DNA of 64,000 bases, from assembly GCA_963697735.1 (NCBI GenBank), contig CAVOOZ010000004.1, positions 174,180 to 238,179 of the forward strand. The letters are read 5' to 3'. Made by a program: the position numbers and the translations under genes. Shown in pieces: positions 1 to 10,057 of this stretch. The notes below the pieces were generated by a model. The model did no database searches. It was given only the letters and a program-made list of their open reading frames with translations, and was not told the DNA's origin. Source of the stretch: an uncultured Actinomycetota bacterium (lineage in GTDB: Bacteria > Actinomycetota > Actinomycetes > Actinomycetales > Dermatophilaceae). The stretch's first letter is position 1. Each line of letters starts with the position of its first letter.

Positions 1-26
1 CGCTGCGCCCGACCCGGGACGAGGCC

Positions 27-1133
27 GTGCAGGCTCTCTTGTCGGGATCGGACCCCCAGCTGCACCTCGGCCAGCTCGTCGACCACACCGAGGTGGGTGT
101 CGCACTCATCCCCGAGCGTCTCAACCGGCACACCTTCTGGTGCGGGCAGAGCGGCTCGGGCAAGACCTATGCGCTGGGTGTCCTGCTCGAGCGCATCCTG
201 CTGAACACGAGGCTGCCGATGGTCGTCTTCGACCCCAACAGCGACTTCGTGCGGATCGGTGAGATGAGCGCCGATGCGGACCCGGACTCAGTTGCGGCAC
301 TTGCGGATCGGGACATCGTGGTGCTGCGGCCGGGCGACGCGCAGTCTCCCCTGCACGTGCTCTTCAAGGAGATGACCCCGAGGGCCCGCGCCGCGGTGCT
401 GCGGCTCGACCCGGTCATCGACCGTTCGGAGTACAACACCCTCCTCGGCCTCATGGACGCCCTCGACGCCGTGGAGACGCCCGACATCGTGGGGCACCTG
501 CACTCGCTGGGGGACCCTGACGCGACCGCGCTCGCGCAGCGCCTCCAGAACCTCGGGGTGCTCGAGTGGACGACGACCTGGGCCTACGGCGCCGAGAGCG
601 CGACGTCGGTCATCGATCGGCGGCCCGCCGCGACCGTGCTCGACCTCGGCGGCTACGACCGCAACGAGGAGCAGCTCACCGTCACGCTCGCCGTGCTCGA
701 CGACCTCTGGGCCCGGCGAGCCGAGCGCCGACCCCTGCTCCTCGTCGTCGACGAGGCGCACAACCTCTGCCCGCCTGACCCAGACACACCGCTCGGCGTG
801 GCGGTGCGCGACCGGTTCATCCAGATCGCGGCGGAGGGTCGCAAGTACGGTCTGTGGCTGCTGCTGTCAACCCAGCGACCCTCGAAGGTGCACACCGGCA
901 TCGTGTCGCAGTGCGACAACCTCACGCTGATGCGGACGAACTCGCGCGACGACCTCGACCAGCTGTCGGCGATCTTCGGCTTCCTGCCGCGCGGGCTGGT
1001 CGCCGAGGCAGCCCGGTTCCGCCAGGGCGAGGCGCTCGTGGGCGGCGGCTTCGTGACGATGCCGAGCATCGTGCGCCTGCGCGATCGGGTGACGCCCGAG
1101 GGCGGCATCGACGTGGCCGTGCCGATGCCCTGA
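27..1133 (+). CDS. HerA/FtsK-superfamily (DUF87-like) P-loop ATPase; may extend upstream of the window
   Basis: RHTFWCGQSGSGKT Walker A, DPNSDF, LLLVVDEAH Walker B, EGRKYG and STQRPS motifs; frame is open back to base 3. Confidence 0.85.
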   Translation: MQALLSGSDPQLHLGQLVDHTEVGVALIPERLNRHTFWCGQSGSGKTYALGVLLERILLNTRLPMVVFDPNSDFVRIGEMSADADPDSVAALADRDIVVLRPGDAQSPLHVLFKEMTPRARAAVLRLDPVIDRSEYNTLLGLMDALDAVETPDIVGHLHSLGDPDATALAQRLQNLGVLEWTTTWAYGAESATSVIDRRPAATVLDLGGYDRNEEQLTVTLAVLDDLWARRAERRPLLLVVDEAHNLCPPDPDTPLGVAVRDRFIQIAAEGRKYGLWLLLSTQRPSKVHTGIVSQCDNLTLMRTNSRDDLDQLSAIFGFLPRGLVAEAARFRQGEALVGGGFVTMPSIVRLRDRVTPEGGIDVAVPMP

Positions 1134-1197
1134 CGCACCGCCCCCACGCCCGTCGAGCCCGGGAACCCGTGGAGCGGCGGAGCCGCTCCGTTGCTGG

Positions 1198-1740
1198 TCA
1201 GTGGAGCAGGGACTTCGACACGACCATGAGGATGCCGAGCGAGCCCGCCAGAGCGGACTCGAGCAGGGACTCGCGAACGCTCGAGCCGGCATACCGGGCC
1301 GCGAGGTAGGCGATCGCGCCCAGCACGATCACGGTCACCCAGAGGGCGATGTCGGCGGCCGTGGTCGGCGGGATGCCGAGCGCCGTAGCGACGGCGAAGG
1401 TGCCGAGCGCGGGCACGCCGCCGAGCAGGACACCCGACTCGTGGCTGGCCGCTGCGGCGACGCGGTGCCCGATGGGGTCGCGCCCCTCGCGGAACTGATG
1501 CGCGAACACGCGAACGTAGACGTCGGCGAGGAAGTAGATGCCGAGCACGAAGCCGGTCGTCGCGACGATGCGCTGCGCGGAGGTCTCCTGGCCGGCGGAT
1601 GCGCTCATCACAGCGCCGGTGATGATCACGCCGTAGAGCAGGCCGGACGGGTGACGGCCCGCGACCCATTCGCCCGTGTGTTGGCGTGCGTCCCTCAGGT
1701 CCACGGCCACTCCCCCGCTCTCGACTCGTCCTTCTGTCAC
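1198..1740 (-). CDS. Small integral membrane protein, function unknown
   Basis: About 5 hydrophobic segments (LYGVIITGAV, LWVTVIVLGAIAYL); ends KSLLH. Confidence 0.75.
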   Translation of the reverse strand: MTEGRVESGGVAVDLRDARQHTGEWVAGRHPSGLLYGVIITGAVMSASAGQETSAQRIVATTGFVLGIYFLADVYVRVFAHQFREGRDPIGHRVAAAASHESGVLLGGVPALGTFAVATALGIPPTTAADIALWVTVIVLGAIAYLAARYAGSSVRESLLESALAGSLGILMVVSKSLLH

Positions 1741-1963
1741 CCCTCACGGTGCCAGACCGATCCGGCAACGTCGACGGGTCGACGTGCGAATCGTCATCAT
1801 CATCCCTGCCGTCCGACCAGTCGACCCCACGGGGCCGGGGCCGGCGTCACCCAGGCCGTCCATCCCCGTGAGGTGAATCGGCCGGCCGCGCCGTCGCCCA
1901 GCTCCCTGAGGCACCATGGGCACTCCGGCACGAAACCCCGCGGCGACACGAGAGGATGTGCTC

Positions 1964-2248
1964 ATGGCGAAGCGCGATGCCGGCCCACGGTTCTTCAAGC
2001 GCCGCGGTCAGGACCTGACCGTCAAGGACAGCGACGGCGTCGAGCACCACGCCACGCTGGAGCCCGTCGACCGGCACGGGACGCATGATGCCGGCGCGTT
2101 CGCGTTCGGTTACTGCAAGAGCTGCGACTGGACCGGACCCGCCCGCCGCGCCCGCGACAAGGCCCGCAAGGACGCTGTCGCCCACCAGGACGATTGCACC
2201 AGCGAGGGGAAGATCCGGATCGGCGTGAGCGACAACGACCCGAGGTAG
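1964..2248 (+). CDS. Small protein with CxxC...H putative zinc-binding motif
   Basis: GAGGA RBS before ATG 1964; GYCKSCDWTGPARRARDKARKDAVAH; typical high-GC codon usage. Confidence 0.7.
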   Translation: MAKRDAGPRFFKRRGQDLTVKDSDGVEHHATLEPVDRHGTHDAGAFAFGYCKSCDWTGPARRARDKARKDAVAHQDDCTSEGKIRIGVSDNDPR

Positions 2249-2396
2249 TGGGTCGCACTGGCGATGCTCACCTGCGAGTTGCGCCGCGTCAGTCGCCGAC
2301 CCTGGTCGCGGAGACAGCCGACCTTCTTATGACAGAGATGGGTCGGCCGCTCCTGAAAACGAGGCGCACCATGTCGGTGGTGGTCGCTAGTGTCTG

Positions 2397-5300
2397 GTGA
2401 TTGTGACGATGACCCAGCCCACGTCTGATGGGACGGCGCGCGCCACGAGTCCCGGCGGGCATCTGAGGGGTTCGGCGATGCCCGCGGATCGCGTCCCTGT
2501 CGACTGGCGCCGGGTCCGCCGTCCCCTGACGGTCGTGTGTTTCACGATGTCACTGGTGGGTGCCGTCGCGGCATCCCTCGGGTCGATGGTCGCCGGCCGG
2601 CTCGCCGAGCAGGCAACGGCGACGCTGGTCATGGTGCTGGCCCTGTGCGTCATCGGCGGCGCGGTCATCGACACCGTGGCCAAGACGATCTGGGCGACGG
2701 TGTGCGACCGGGCGGAGGGCACGCTGCGCGCCGACCTGCTCGACGCGGCGATGGCCCAGCCGCTCTCCGAGCTGTCCGAGCAGGCCGTGGGCGAGGTGCT
2801 CGACCGCATCGACGACGACACGTGGGAGGTCGGCCAGCTGATGCGGTGGGGCGTGTGGCAAGCGGTGCGCACCCTCCTCGCCTCCGGCCCGCTCTGGGTG
2901 GTCGCGAGTCTCGCGTGGTGGCCCGCCGCCTTCCTCTTCCCCCTGACGGGACTGGCCACGTATGCCGTCGTCCGCCGGCTGCTGCCTCAGGTCGCCGAGC
3001 GCAAGGTGGTCGAGGAAGCCGCGTGGACCGACCACGCTGCCTCCACCGAGGAGGGCGTCGCGGCCCGCGACGACCTGCGCACCGCCCTGGGCCAGGCCTA
3101 CGTGCTTGGCCGCAACGCCCGGATGGCCGCAAGGGTGCACGAGGCGCTCGACAAGGTGCTGCGGGTCGAGGCCCGGATCACCCGGCGCAGCGGTGGACTG
3201 CTCCACGGCGCGCTGGCCGCCGTGGCCGTGGTCGGCACCGCCCTGGTGCTCGGCGGCGGCCTGTCGACCGCCCGGCTGGTCACGCTCTTCCTCGTCACGA
3301 CGATGTTCGTCGGCAGCGTTGACATGCTGGCGCGTCACCTGCCCGACCTGCAGGAGGGCTTTGGGGCGGTCCTGCGGCTGCGGGCCATGCTTGCCTCTCC
3401 GGCCGAGCCGGTCGGCGGGATGCCCCTCCGCGACGGGCACCTCGAGGTGGAGTTCCGCGACCTCGAGTTCGACTACGGCACCGGCACGTTCGCCCTGAGA
3501 GACGTCAATGTCGTCGTCCCGGCCGGACACACCTGCGCACTCGTGGGACGCACAGGCTCGGGCAAGTCCACCCTCGCGTCCCTGCTGTCGCGTGCCGTGG
3601 AGCCTCCCCCGGGCACGGTGCTGTTGGGAGGCACCGACGTGCGCGACCTCGACCTGCAACAGCTCCGGGCAGCAGTCGGCGTCGTGACCCAGCGCACCGA
3701 GGTGCTCGTCGGCACGCTGGCGCAGAACATGACGCTCTTCGGCGACGTGCCGCGTGCCCGGGTCGAGGCGGCGGTCGCCGAGCTCGGCCTGACCGAGTGG
3801 GTGACCGGCCTGCCCGACGGCCTGGACACGATGCTCGGCCCAGGGGGAACGACCCTTTCGGCGGGCGAGGAGCAGCTCGTGGCGTTCGCCCGCCTGCTCG
3901 TCCGCGACGTGCGCGTCGTCGTCCTCGACGAGGCCACCGCGCGCATGGACCCGGTCACCGAGGCACGAGTGGTGCGGGCTGCGGACCGACTGATCTCGGG
4001 ACGCACGGGCATCCTGGTCGCCCACCGTCTGTCGACGACCGAGCGGGCCGAGTACGTGGCCGTCCTCGAGTCAGGTCGCGTCGTGCAGCAGGGTCCGCGC
4101 GGCGTCCTGGCCGCGCAGCACGGACCGTTCCTCCGGCTGCTCGAGGCGGCCGCCCACGAGGTCACCGTGGAGGAGCACCACCACGACGACACCGCGATCG
4201 GCTCGATGCGTCGCAGCACCACCCCTCCGCCGCCTCCGGTGCTGGCCCCGACACCGAGCCTGGCGCGGCAGGTGATCCATGCCGTGCGGATCCAGCCCCG
4301 ATGGGGACTGCTGGGCGCCGCCCTCTTCCTCGTCGCGTCACTCACCGGCGCGTTCGGCGCCATCACGGGCTGGACCTGGGGACTGGTCGTCACCGAGCTG
4401 CAGGCCGGGCAGAATCCCGGCTGGCTCACCGCCGCCCTCGTCGCGTCCCTCCTCGTCGGTCCGCTGTTGCTGTCGCAGGCCTTCCGCTCCTACCCTCACT
4501 GGTGGGTCGAGGTTCGCCTGCGCGTGCGGGCCGCGGTGCTCGCAGGGCAGACCGCGCAGCGTCGCCTGGTCCGCACGCCGCCCGGCGAGGTGGTTGCCCG
4601 CACGATGGACGCCGACCGCTTGGCGCGCTACACCGACCGCTGGGTCGACTTCGTCAACGGCCTCGTCGTCGCCACGGTGACAGCACTGATCGCCGGCACG
4701 TGGCTCGCCGGCGCGATCCTGCTCGTCGTGATGATCGCCTCGGCGCTCGCCTCTACCCTCGGCCGACCTGTGGCCGGACGGTCGGCAGCCGCCGCCTCGA
4801 CCGCCCGTGCCGGCTTCGGTCGATCACTGGTCTCGGCCCTCGAGTCGATCCGGACCGTCAAGCTCGCCGCCGCCACTCCTCAGGTGCACGAGCACCTGCG
4901 CCAGATCGACGGAGGCCGCGTCGACGCGGCCGTCGGCGAGCACCGAGTGCAGGCCCTGCTCGACGGCGTGCCCGTCGTCATGGTCCAGTGCGGGGTCGTG
5001 GCCGCGTGGGCGGGCTTGCTGCACGGAACGTGGCCCCTCGCCACGACCCTGCTGGTCGCCAATGCCGTCAGCGGCTTCGACTGGTTCGGCCGGGTCGCAG
5101 GCTCAGTTGTGACCGAGGCGCCCGGGGTGCGGGCATGGATGACCGCCACGAGCGAACTTGCCGGTGGTGGCGACCTGATGGATCTCCCGCCGGGCATGGA
5201 CCTGGTGCACGGCACTGCCGACGAGCCGGAGCCGGGGCAGCACGAGCCCCTGCGCACCCTCAGACTTCGGGCTCTGACCGCGGTGCACGACGACGGCACC

Positions 5301-5933
5301 ATCGGAGTGCAGGACGTGGACCTCACCGTCCAAGCGGGTGAGCTGGTGCTCCTGTTGGGCAAGGTCGGCTCGGGGAAGTCCAGTCTGCTCTCGTCGCTGG
5401 CCGGGCTGACCTCCCACACCGGTCAGGTGCTGTGGAACGGCCGTGTCCTGACCGAGCCAGAGGTCCAGCTGCGACCTGCCCGGGTCTCGCACATCGCCCA
5501 GGTGCCCCGGGTGCTGTCCGGCACCTTCACGGGCAACGTCGCCCTTGATCACGCCGACCGGCAGGTCGAGCCTGCGCTCGTGGCGGCACGGATGGAGCGC
5601 GATGTCGCCGAGGCCGGCGGTCCTGACGCGCTCGTCGGGCACCGGGGGGTCCGGCTCTCCGGCGGGCAGGTGCAGCGGCTGGCGCTGGCTCGCGCACTCG
5701 CCTGTCGGGCCGAGCTGCTGCTGGCCGACGATGTCTCCTCGGCCCTCGATGCGGCCACCGAGATAGAGCTCTGGGATGCGCTGCGCTCCGGCGGCGCCAC
5801 CGTCATCGGCGCCACGAGCAAGGCTGCCGCGCTCGCGCGGGCCGACCGAGTCGTCGTCCTCGACGGCGGCAGGGTGGTGGAGACAGCTCCATGGCATGAG
5901 CTCTCCTCGAGGTGGGCACACCTCGCGGGGTGA
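2397..5933 (+). CDS. Fused ABC exporter, TMD-NBD-TMD-NBD
   Basis: Two membrane domains; Walker A GRTGSGKS and GKVGSGKS; signatures LSAGEEQ and LSGGQVQ; exact start uncertain. Confidence 0.92.
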   Translation: MIVTMTQPTSDGTARATSPGGHLRGSAMPADRVPVDWRRVRRPLTVVCFTMSLVGAVAASLGSMVAGRLAEQATATLVMVLALCVIGGAVIDTVAKTIWATVCDRAEGTLRADLLDAAMAQPLSELSEQAVGEVLDRIDDDTWEVGQLMRWGVWQAVRTLLASGPLWVVASLAWWPAAFLFPLTGLATYAVVRRLLPQVAERKVVEEAAWTDHAASTEEGVAARDDLRTALGQAYVLGRNARMAARVHEALDKVLRVEARITRRSGGLLHGALAAVAVVGTALVLGGGLSTARLVTLFLVTTMFVGSVDMLARHLPDLQEGFGAVLRLRAMLASPAEPVGGMPLRDGHLEVEFRDLEFDYGTGTFALRDVNVVVPAGHTCALVGRTGSGKSTLASLLSRAVEPPPGTVLLGGTDVRDLDLQQLRAAVGVVTQRTEVLVGTLAQNMTLFGDVPRARVEAAVAELGLTEWVTGLPDGLDTMLGPGGTTLSAGEEQLVAFARLLVRDVRVVVLDEATARMDPVTEARVVRAADRLISGRTGILVAHRLSTTERAEYVAVLESGRVVQQGPRGVLAAQHGPFLRLLEAAAHEVTVEEHHHDDTAIGSMRRSTTPPPPPVLAPTPSLARQVIHAVRIQPRWGLLGAALFLVASLTGAFGAITGWTWGLVVTELQAGQNPGWLTAALVASLLVGPLLLSQAFRSYPHWWVEVRLRVRAAVLAGQTAQRRLVRTPPGEVVARTMDADRLARYTDRWVDFVNGLVVATVTALIAGTWLAGAILLVVMIASALASTLGRPVAGRSAAAASTARAGFGRSLVSALESIRTVKLAAATPQVHEHLRQIDGGRVDAAVGEHRVQALLDGVPVVMVQCGVVAAWAGLLHGTWPLATTLLVANAVSGFDWFGRVAGSVVTEAPGVRAWMTATSELAGGGDLMDLPPGMDLVHGTADEPEPGQHEPLRTLRLRALTAVHDDGTIGVQDVDLTVQAGELVLLLGKVGSGKSSLLSSLAGLTSHTGQVLWNGRVLTEPEVQLRPARVSHIAQVPRVLSGTFTGNVALDHADRQVEPALVAARMERDVAEAGGPDALVGHRGVRLSGGQVQRLALARALACRAELLLADDVSSALDAATEIELWDALRSGGATVIGATSKAAALARADRVVVLDGGRVVETAPWHELSSRWAHLAG

Positions 5934-6146
5934 TGCCCGCCTCGCGCCTGCATGTCACGCCGCCCACTCCGCCTCGATCCACCGATGGCTTCGTTGTCAG
6001 CATGACCTCGTCTGCGGGCTACGGGCTGGCTGCGCGCGTGGGTGAGCATCCGACCTCGCTGTCGGGGTGTTCCACGCCGTAGGTCGGCTGTGCCGCGGGT
6101 TGAGGAGCTCTTCGAGTCCCACCTGGTGCGCGGCCGCAACAGGAGG

Positions 6147-7244
6147 TCAGGCACGGGCTCCCAGCACATGTACGCCGGCCAGCGAGACGGTGGCGATGAG
6201 CAGGGTCGACCCCACGGCCAGCAGCGTCGCGCGGCCGCTCCCGCGCAGGAGGGTCTTCACTCTCACCCCGGTGCCCATGCCAAACAGGGCGGCGGCCAGC
6301 GCGACACTCTGGGCCACGCCCAGCCCGTCGAGGAGCGGCTGCGGGAGGACGACCAGGCTGCGCAGCGCCATGCACCCGACGAAGCCGACGACGAACAGTG
6401 GAACGAGCGGCGGGCGACGCGCGCCCGGCACCGGGACACCGTCCGCGCTCGCACGTCGAGAGCGCATGGCGCTCACCACTGAGACGAGGGGTGCCAGCAT
6501 GAGCACGCGCGTGAGCTTGACGACGACGGCGACACCCAGCGCGCTCGCGCCAACGGCGCTGGCGGCTCCCACGACCTGGCCAACGTCGTGGACGCTGGCG
6601 CCGATCCAGACGCCCATCTCGTGACCGGTGAGCTGGAGAGGCTGCTGGAGCAGAGGCAGGGTCAGCATCATCGCGGTGCCGCACAGCGTCACCATGGCCA
6701 CTGCCAGCGCGACGTCGTCGTCGTCGGCATCCGTGCTCGACTGGATGGCTGCGATCGCTGAGGCGCCGCAGATCGCGAATCCCGTTGCCAGCAAGAGGCT
6801 TCGCGCGCTCCCCAGACCCATATGCCGGCCGAGCCAGTTGGTGGCCACGAGGGTCGCCAGGAGTGTCACGACCACGAGGACGATGACGGGGAGTCCCAAC
6901 CCGACGATGGCGTCGACGGACAGCGAGAGCCCCAGCAACGCGACCCCGATCCGCAACAGCTTCCTGCTAGCCAGCCGCAGCCCCGGCTCAGCGGCGCCGG
7001 GCACGAGGCCGGTATTGGCCGCGACCGCGCCCAGTAGCACCGACCACGTGACGAGCGCGACCTCGGGGAGGAGGACGTGCCCCACCTGGGCCAAGCCCAC
7101 ACCGAGCACCACCAAGAGCACGCCAGGGACGAGCGCGTACCACGTCGGCCGAGTCGACATGGGTGCGCTCTCGGCCGAAGCGTCGATGGCAACCGGCCGA
7201 TCGGCGCGGCGGTTGATGTGGGCTCCTGCCGGATCAGCTCTCAT
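6147..7244 (-). CDS. YeiH / putative sulfate exporter (PSE) family membrane protein
   Basis: GFAICGASAIAA, GASVHDVGQV, VVVKLTRVLML motifs; alternative start ATG 7160. Confidence 0.88.
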   Translation of the reverse strand: MRADPAGAHINRRADRPVAIDASAESAPMSTRPTWYALVPGVLLVVLGVGLAQVGHVLLPEVALVTWSVLLGAVAANTGLVPGAAEPGLRLASRKLLRIGVALLGLSLSVDAIVGLGLPVIVLVVVTLLATLVATNWLGRHMGLGSARSLLLATGFAICGASAIAAIQSSTDADDDDVALAVAMVTLCGTAMMLTLPLLQQPLQLTGHEMGVWIGASVHDVGQVVGAASAVGASALGVAVVVKLTRVLMLAPLVSVVSAMRSRRASADGVPVPGARRPPLVPLFVVGFVGCMALRSLVVLPQPLLDGLGVAQSVALAAALFGMGTGVRVKTLLRGSGRATLLAVGSTLLIATVSLAGVHVLGARA

Positions 7245-8466
7245 TTCGCCTCGATGGTCGCCGACGCAATTCGGCCTTGGCGAGCGCGTTCTTGTGCACC
7301 TCGTCGGGTCCGTCGGCCAACCTCAGGGTGCGGATGCTCGCGTAGGCGTTGGCGAGCGGGAAGTCCTGTGAGAGCCCCGCGGCACCGTGCACCTGGATGG
7401 CCTTGTCCAGGATCCACTGGACAGTGACAGGCGTCGCGATCTTGATCGCCTGGATCTCGGTGTGGGCTCCCTTGTTGCCGACGGTGTCCATGAGCCAGGC
7501 AGTTTTGAGCACGAGCAGCCGCAGCTGCTCGATCCGCACCCGGGACTCCGCGATCCAGTCCCGCACGACGCCCTGGTCGGCCAGCGGCCGGCCGAAGGCA
7601 ACCCGCTCCTGCGCCCGCGCGCACATCAGTTCGAGAGCCCGCTCGGCGACACCGATGGACCGCATGCAGTGGTGGATCCTGCCGGGCCCTAGGCGCGCCT
7701 GGGCGATGGCAAAGCCGCCGCCCGGCTCACCGATGAGGTTGGCGACCGGAACGCGCACGTCGTGAAAGGCGAGCTCGGCGTGTCCGCCGTGGTCGTGATC
7801 GTCGTAGCCGAAGACCTCCATGCCCCGCACGATCTCGAGCCCGGGGGTGTCCCGAGGGACCAGAACCATCGATTGCTGCTGGTGCCGCTGCGCCGTCGGG
7901 TCGGTCTTGCCCATCACGATGAAGACGCGGGCGTTGGGGTTCATGGCACCGGTGATCCACCACTTGCGGCCGGTGATCACATAGTCGTCCCCGTCACGCA
8001 CTATCGTCGTGGCGATGTTCGTCGCGTCCGACGACGCCACGTCCGGCTCGGTCATGGCGAACGAGGACCGGATCTTGCCTTCCAACAAGGGTTCGAGCCA
8101 CTCCTTCTGCTGCTGCTCGCTGCCGAAGAGCGACAGGACCTCCATGTTGCCGGTGTCCGGTGCGCTGCAGTTGAGCGCAGCCGGCGCCAGGTGTGCACTC
8201 CGGCCCGTGATCTCCGCGAGAGGCGCGTACTGCAGGTTGGTCAGTCCCGCGCCGTGCTCGCCCGGCAGGAACAGGTTCCACAGGCCACGAGCCCGGGCCT
8301 CGGCGCGCAGCTCGGCAAGCACCGGCACGGAGTCCCAGGCCCACCTGTCGTCGAGCTGCGCGTGCTGCGCTTGGGCGAGCGGCTCGGCCGGGTGGACCTG
8401 ATCCCGCATGAAGTCGAGCAGGTTGTCGCGCAACTCGAGCGTCCTGGCATCGAAGTCGAACTCCAT
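7234..8466 (-). CDS. Acyl-CoA dehydrogenase
   Basis: NCSAPDTGNME, FAMTEPDVASSD, GRKWWITG, RLGPGRIHHCMR, RLADGPDEVH; AAGGAG RBS before ATG 8466. Confidence 0.95.
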   Translation of the reverse strand: MEFDFDARTLELRDNLLDFMRDQVHPAEPLAQAQHAQLDDRWAWDSVPVLAELRAEARARGLWNLFLPGEHGAGLTNLQYAPLAEITGRSAHLAPAALNCSAPDTGNMEVLSLFGSEQQQKEWLEPLLEGKIRSSFAMTEPDVASSDATNIATTIVRDGDDYVITGRKWWITGAMNPNARVFIVMGKTDPTAQRHQQQSMVLVPRDTPGLEIVRGMEVFGYDDHDHGGHAELAFHDVRVPVANLIGEPGGGFAIAQARLGPGRIHHCMRSIGVAERALELMCARAQERVAFGRPLADQGVVRDWIAESRVRIEQLRLLVLKTAWLMDTVGNKGAHTEIQAIKIATPVTVQWILDKAIQVHGAAGLSQDFPLANAYASIRTLRLADGPDEVHKNALAKAELRRRPSRRNES

Positions 8467-8580
8467 CAGCGCAGCTCCTTGGGCGTGATGACCCGGCGAG
8501 GGGGTAGAACGACGGACCCGGCCGCGCGCCAAGTGCGACCGGGTCCGTCGTTGTTCATGTCGCTACCGTCTCGGCACGCG

Positions 8581-9726
8581 TCAGGCCCGAGCGAAGTCCG
8601 CGACGATGTTCTCGTAGGTCACCTGGCCGGCCTTGACCGCGCCAAGCTTCTCCGCGACACCGATCATCACCTCGATGCCGGCCTTGCCGACCTTCCAGTC
8701 GGGAAGGATCTTCGGGACGACCGAGGTGGCGTAGTGATCGATGTATGCCGTCGCCGCCGCGGCACCCTTGCCGCCGAACTGCGTCGCGTTCAACTTCTCG
8801 GCGGCCTCCTTGCGGTTGGCCAGGATCCAGTCCTTGGCCTCCCAGGCAGCCGACTTCCACGCGGTGACGACGTCCTTGCTGTCCGTGAGGAAGTCCTCGC
8901 GCACGATGATCGGCTGGACCTGCTGCTTGCTGAGGATCGCGGGCGCGTCATCATTCCAGAACTCGATGAACGACTGCCCACCCGAAGCCTGGGCCATGAG
9001 CTGGCTCGTCGCGTACGTCACGGCGACATAGGCGTCGATGCGCCCTGCCCTCATCTGCGCGATGCCGGGCGTGAATTGTCCGACACCGAGGTGGGTGACG
9101 TCCTCGTACTTCATGCCGGCGGCCTCGAGGGCCAGACGCAGCTGCTGGTCCGCGCCCGCCCCGATGGCCGCCACGCCGATCTTCTTGCCCGCGAGCGCGT
9201 GCATCTTCTCGTCGAAGCTCGCGGAGGCGGCGGGCCAGGTGCCCTTGTTGGTGACGATGCTGTAGGTCGTCTCGGGGATACGCATGCCGACGATGACGGG
9301 CCGCTTGCCCTGCTGGGCATTGGCGAAGCTGGCCATGGTCAGCACGGTGTCCTGCTGCATGCCGTTGATGGCGCCCGCCGCGAACAACTGCATCGCCTGG
9401 ACGCCGCTCTGGGGGAAGACGAAGTCACCGACATCGAGCTTGAACTTCTCGAACAGCTTCTGGTCCGCGCAGACGGCGTCGAGGAAGTAGTTGTCGCCGG
9501 GCGCGGAGGCCATCTTGAACGGGGTCGCCTCCGTCAGGCCGCCAGCCGCTGCGCCCTGCGTGGCCGCGCTCGTGGGAGCGGGGTCGCCGCCGCACGCGGC
9601 GAGGGCGCTGCTTCCGCCGATGGCCGCGGCTCCGAGGCCGATGGCCCTGAGCAGGGTCCGACGCGACGTCGACGCGGAGAGAACGGAGGCCGAATCGCCT
9701 GCGAGCCACTGCTGATTACTGAACAT
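8581..9726 (-). CDS. ABC substrate-binding lipoprotein, SsuA/NMT1-like, Tat signal
   Basis: SRRTLLR twin-arginine, LAAC lipobox, LAGKKIGV, GRIDAY; AGGAG RBS. Confidence 0.85.
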   Translation of the reverse strand: MFSNQQWLAGDSASVLSASTSRRTLLRAIGLGAAAIGGSSALAACGGDPAPTSAATQGAAAGGLTEATPFKMASAPGDNYFLDAVCADQKLFEKFKLDVGDFVFPQSGVQAMQLFAAGAINGMQQDTVLTMASFANAQQGKRPVIVGMRIPETTYSIVTNKGTWPAASASFDEKMHALAGKKIGVAAIGAGADQQLRLALEAAGMKYEDVTHLGVGQFTPGIAQMRAGRIDAYVAVTYATSQLMAQASGGQSFIEFWNDDAPAILSKQQVQPIIVREDFLTDSKDVVTAWKSAAWEAKDWILANRKEAAEKLNATQFGGKGAAAATAYIDHYATSVVPKILPDWKVGKAGIEVMIGVAEKLGAVKAGQVTYENIVADFARA

Positions 9727-9906
9727 TCCTGCTCCTGGTGAGATTCGGCATTGAATCCGAGAATAGATTGTTGAACTGGATGAAGGGCTCGGGACGAAAC
9801 TTTCCTCAGGCCACTTCCAGAGGCCGGCCGGTTCGCGTTGTCTGGCCTCGCCCCTCGGGTCACGAGGATTCTGCAGGCACGTCGTGCGTGAAAAGCCCGT
9901 GGCCAG

Positions 9907-9972
9907 ATACTCATCCCGGGCCGTCGGGGTGTCAATGGATCACCCGCGTGGAGCGCGCTATCGCTCCGATAG
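9907..9972 (-). promoter_or_regulatory. LysR-type box (CTATCGCTCCGATAG, 9958-9972) with TTGACA -35 (9930-9935) for the leftward SBP operon
   Basis: Palindromic T-N11-A; same box and same 28-bp offset to TTGACA recur at 26451-26493. Confidence 0.7.
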
Positions 9973-10057
9973 GCGATCGTTGCAGCGGGCCCGCCAGTAT
10001 GCTCGGGGCACCCGGGCGCGCGGACCTCGCGTCGGTGCAACACGAGGAGAGACACGC

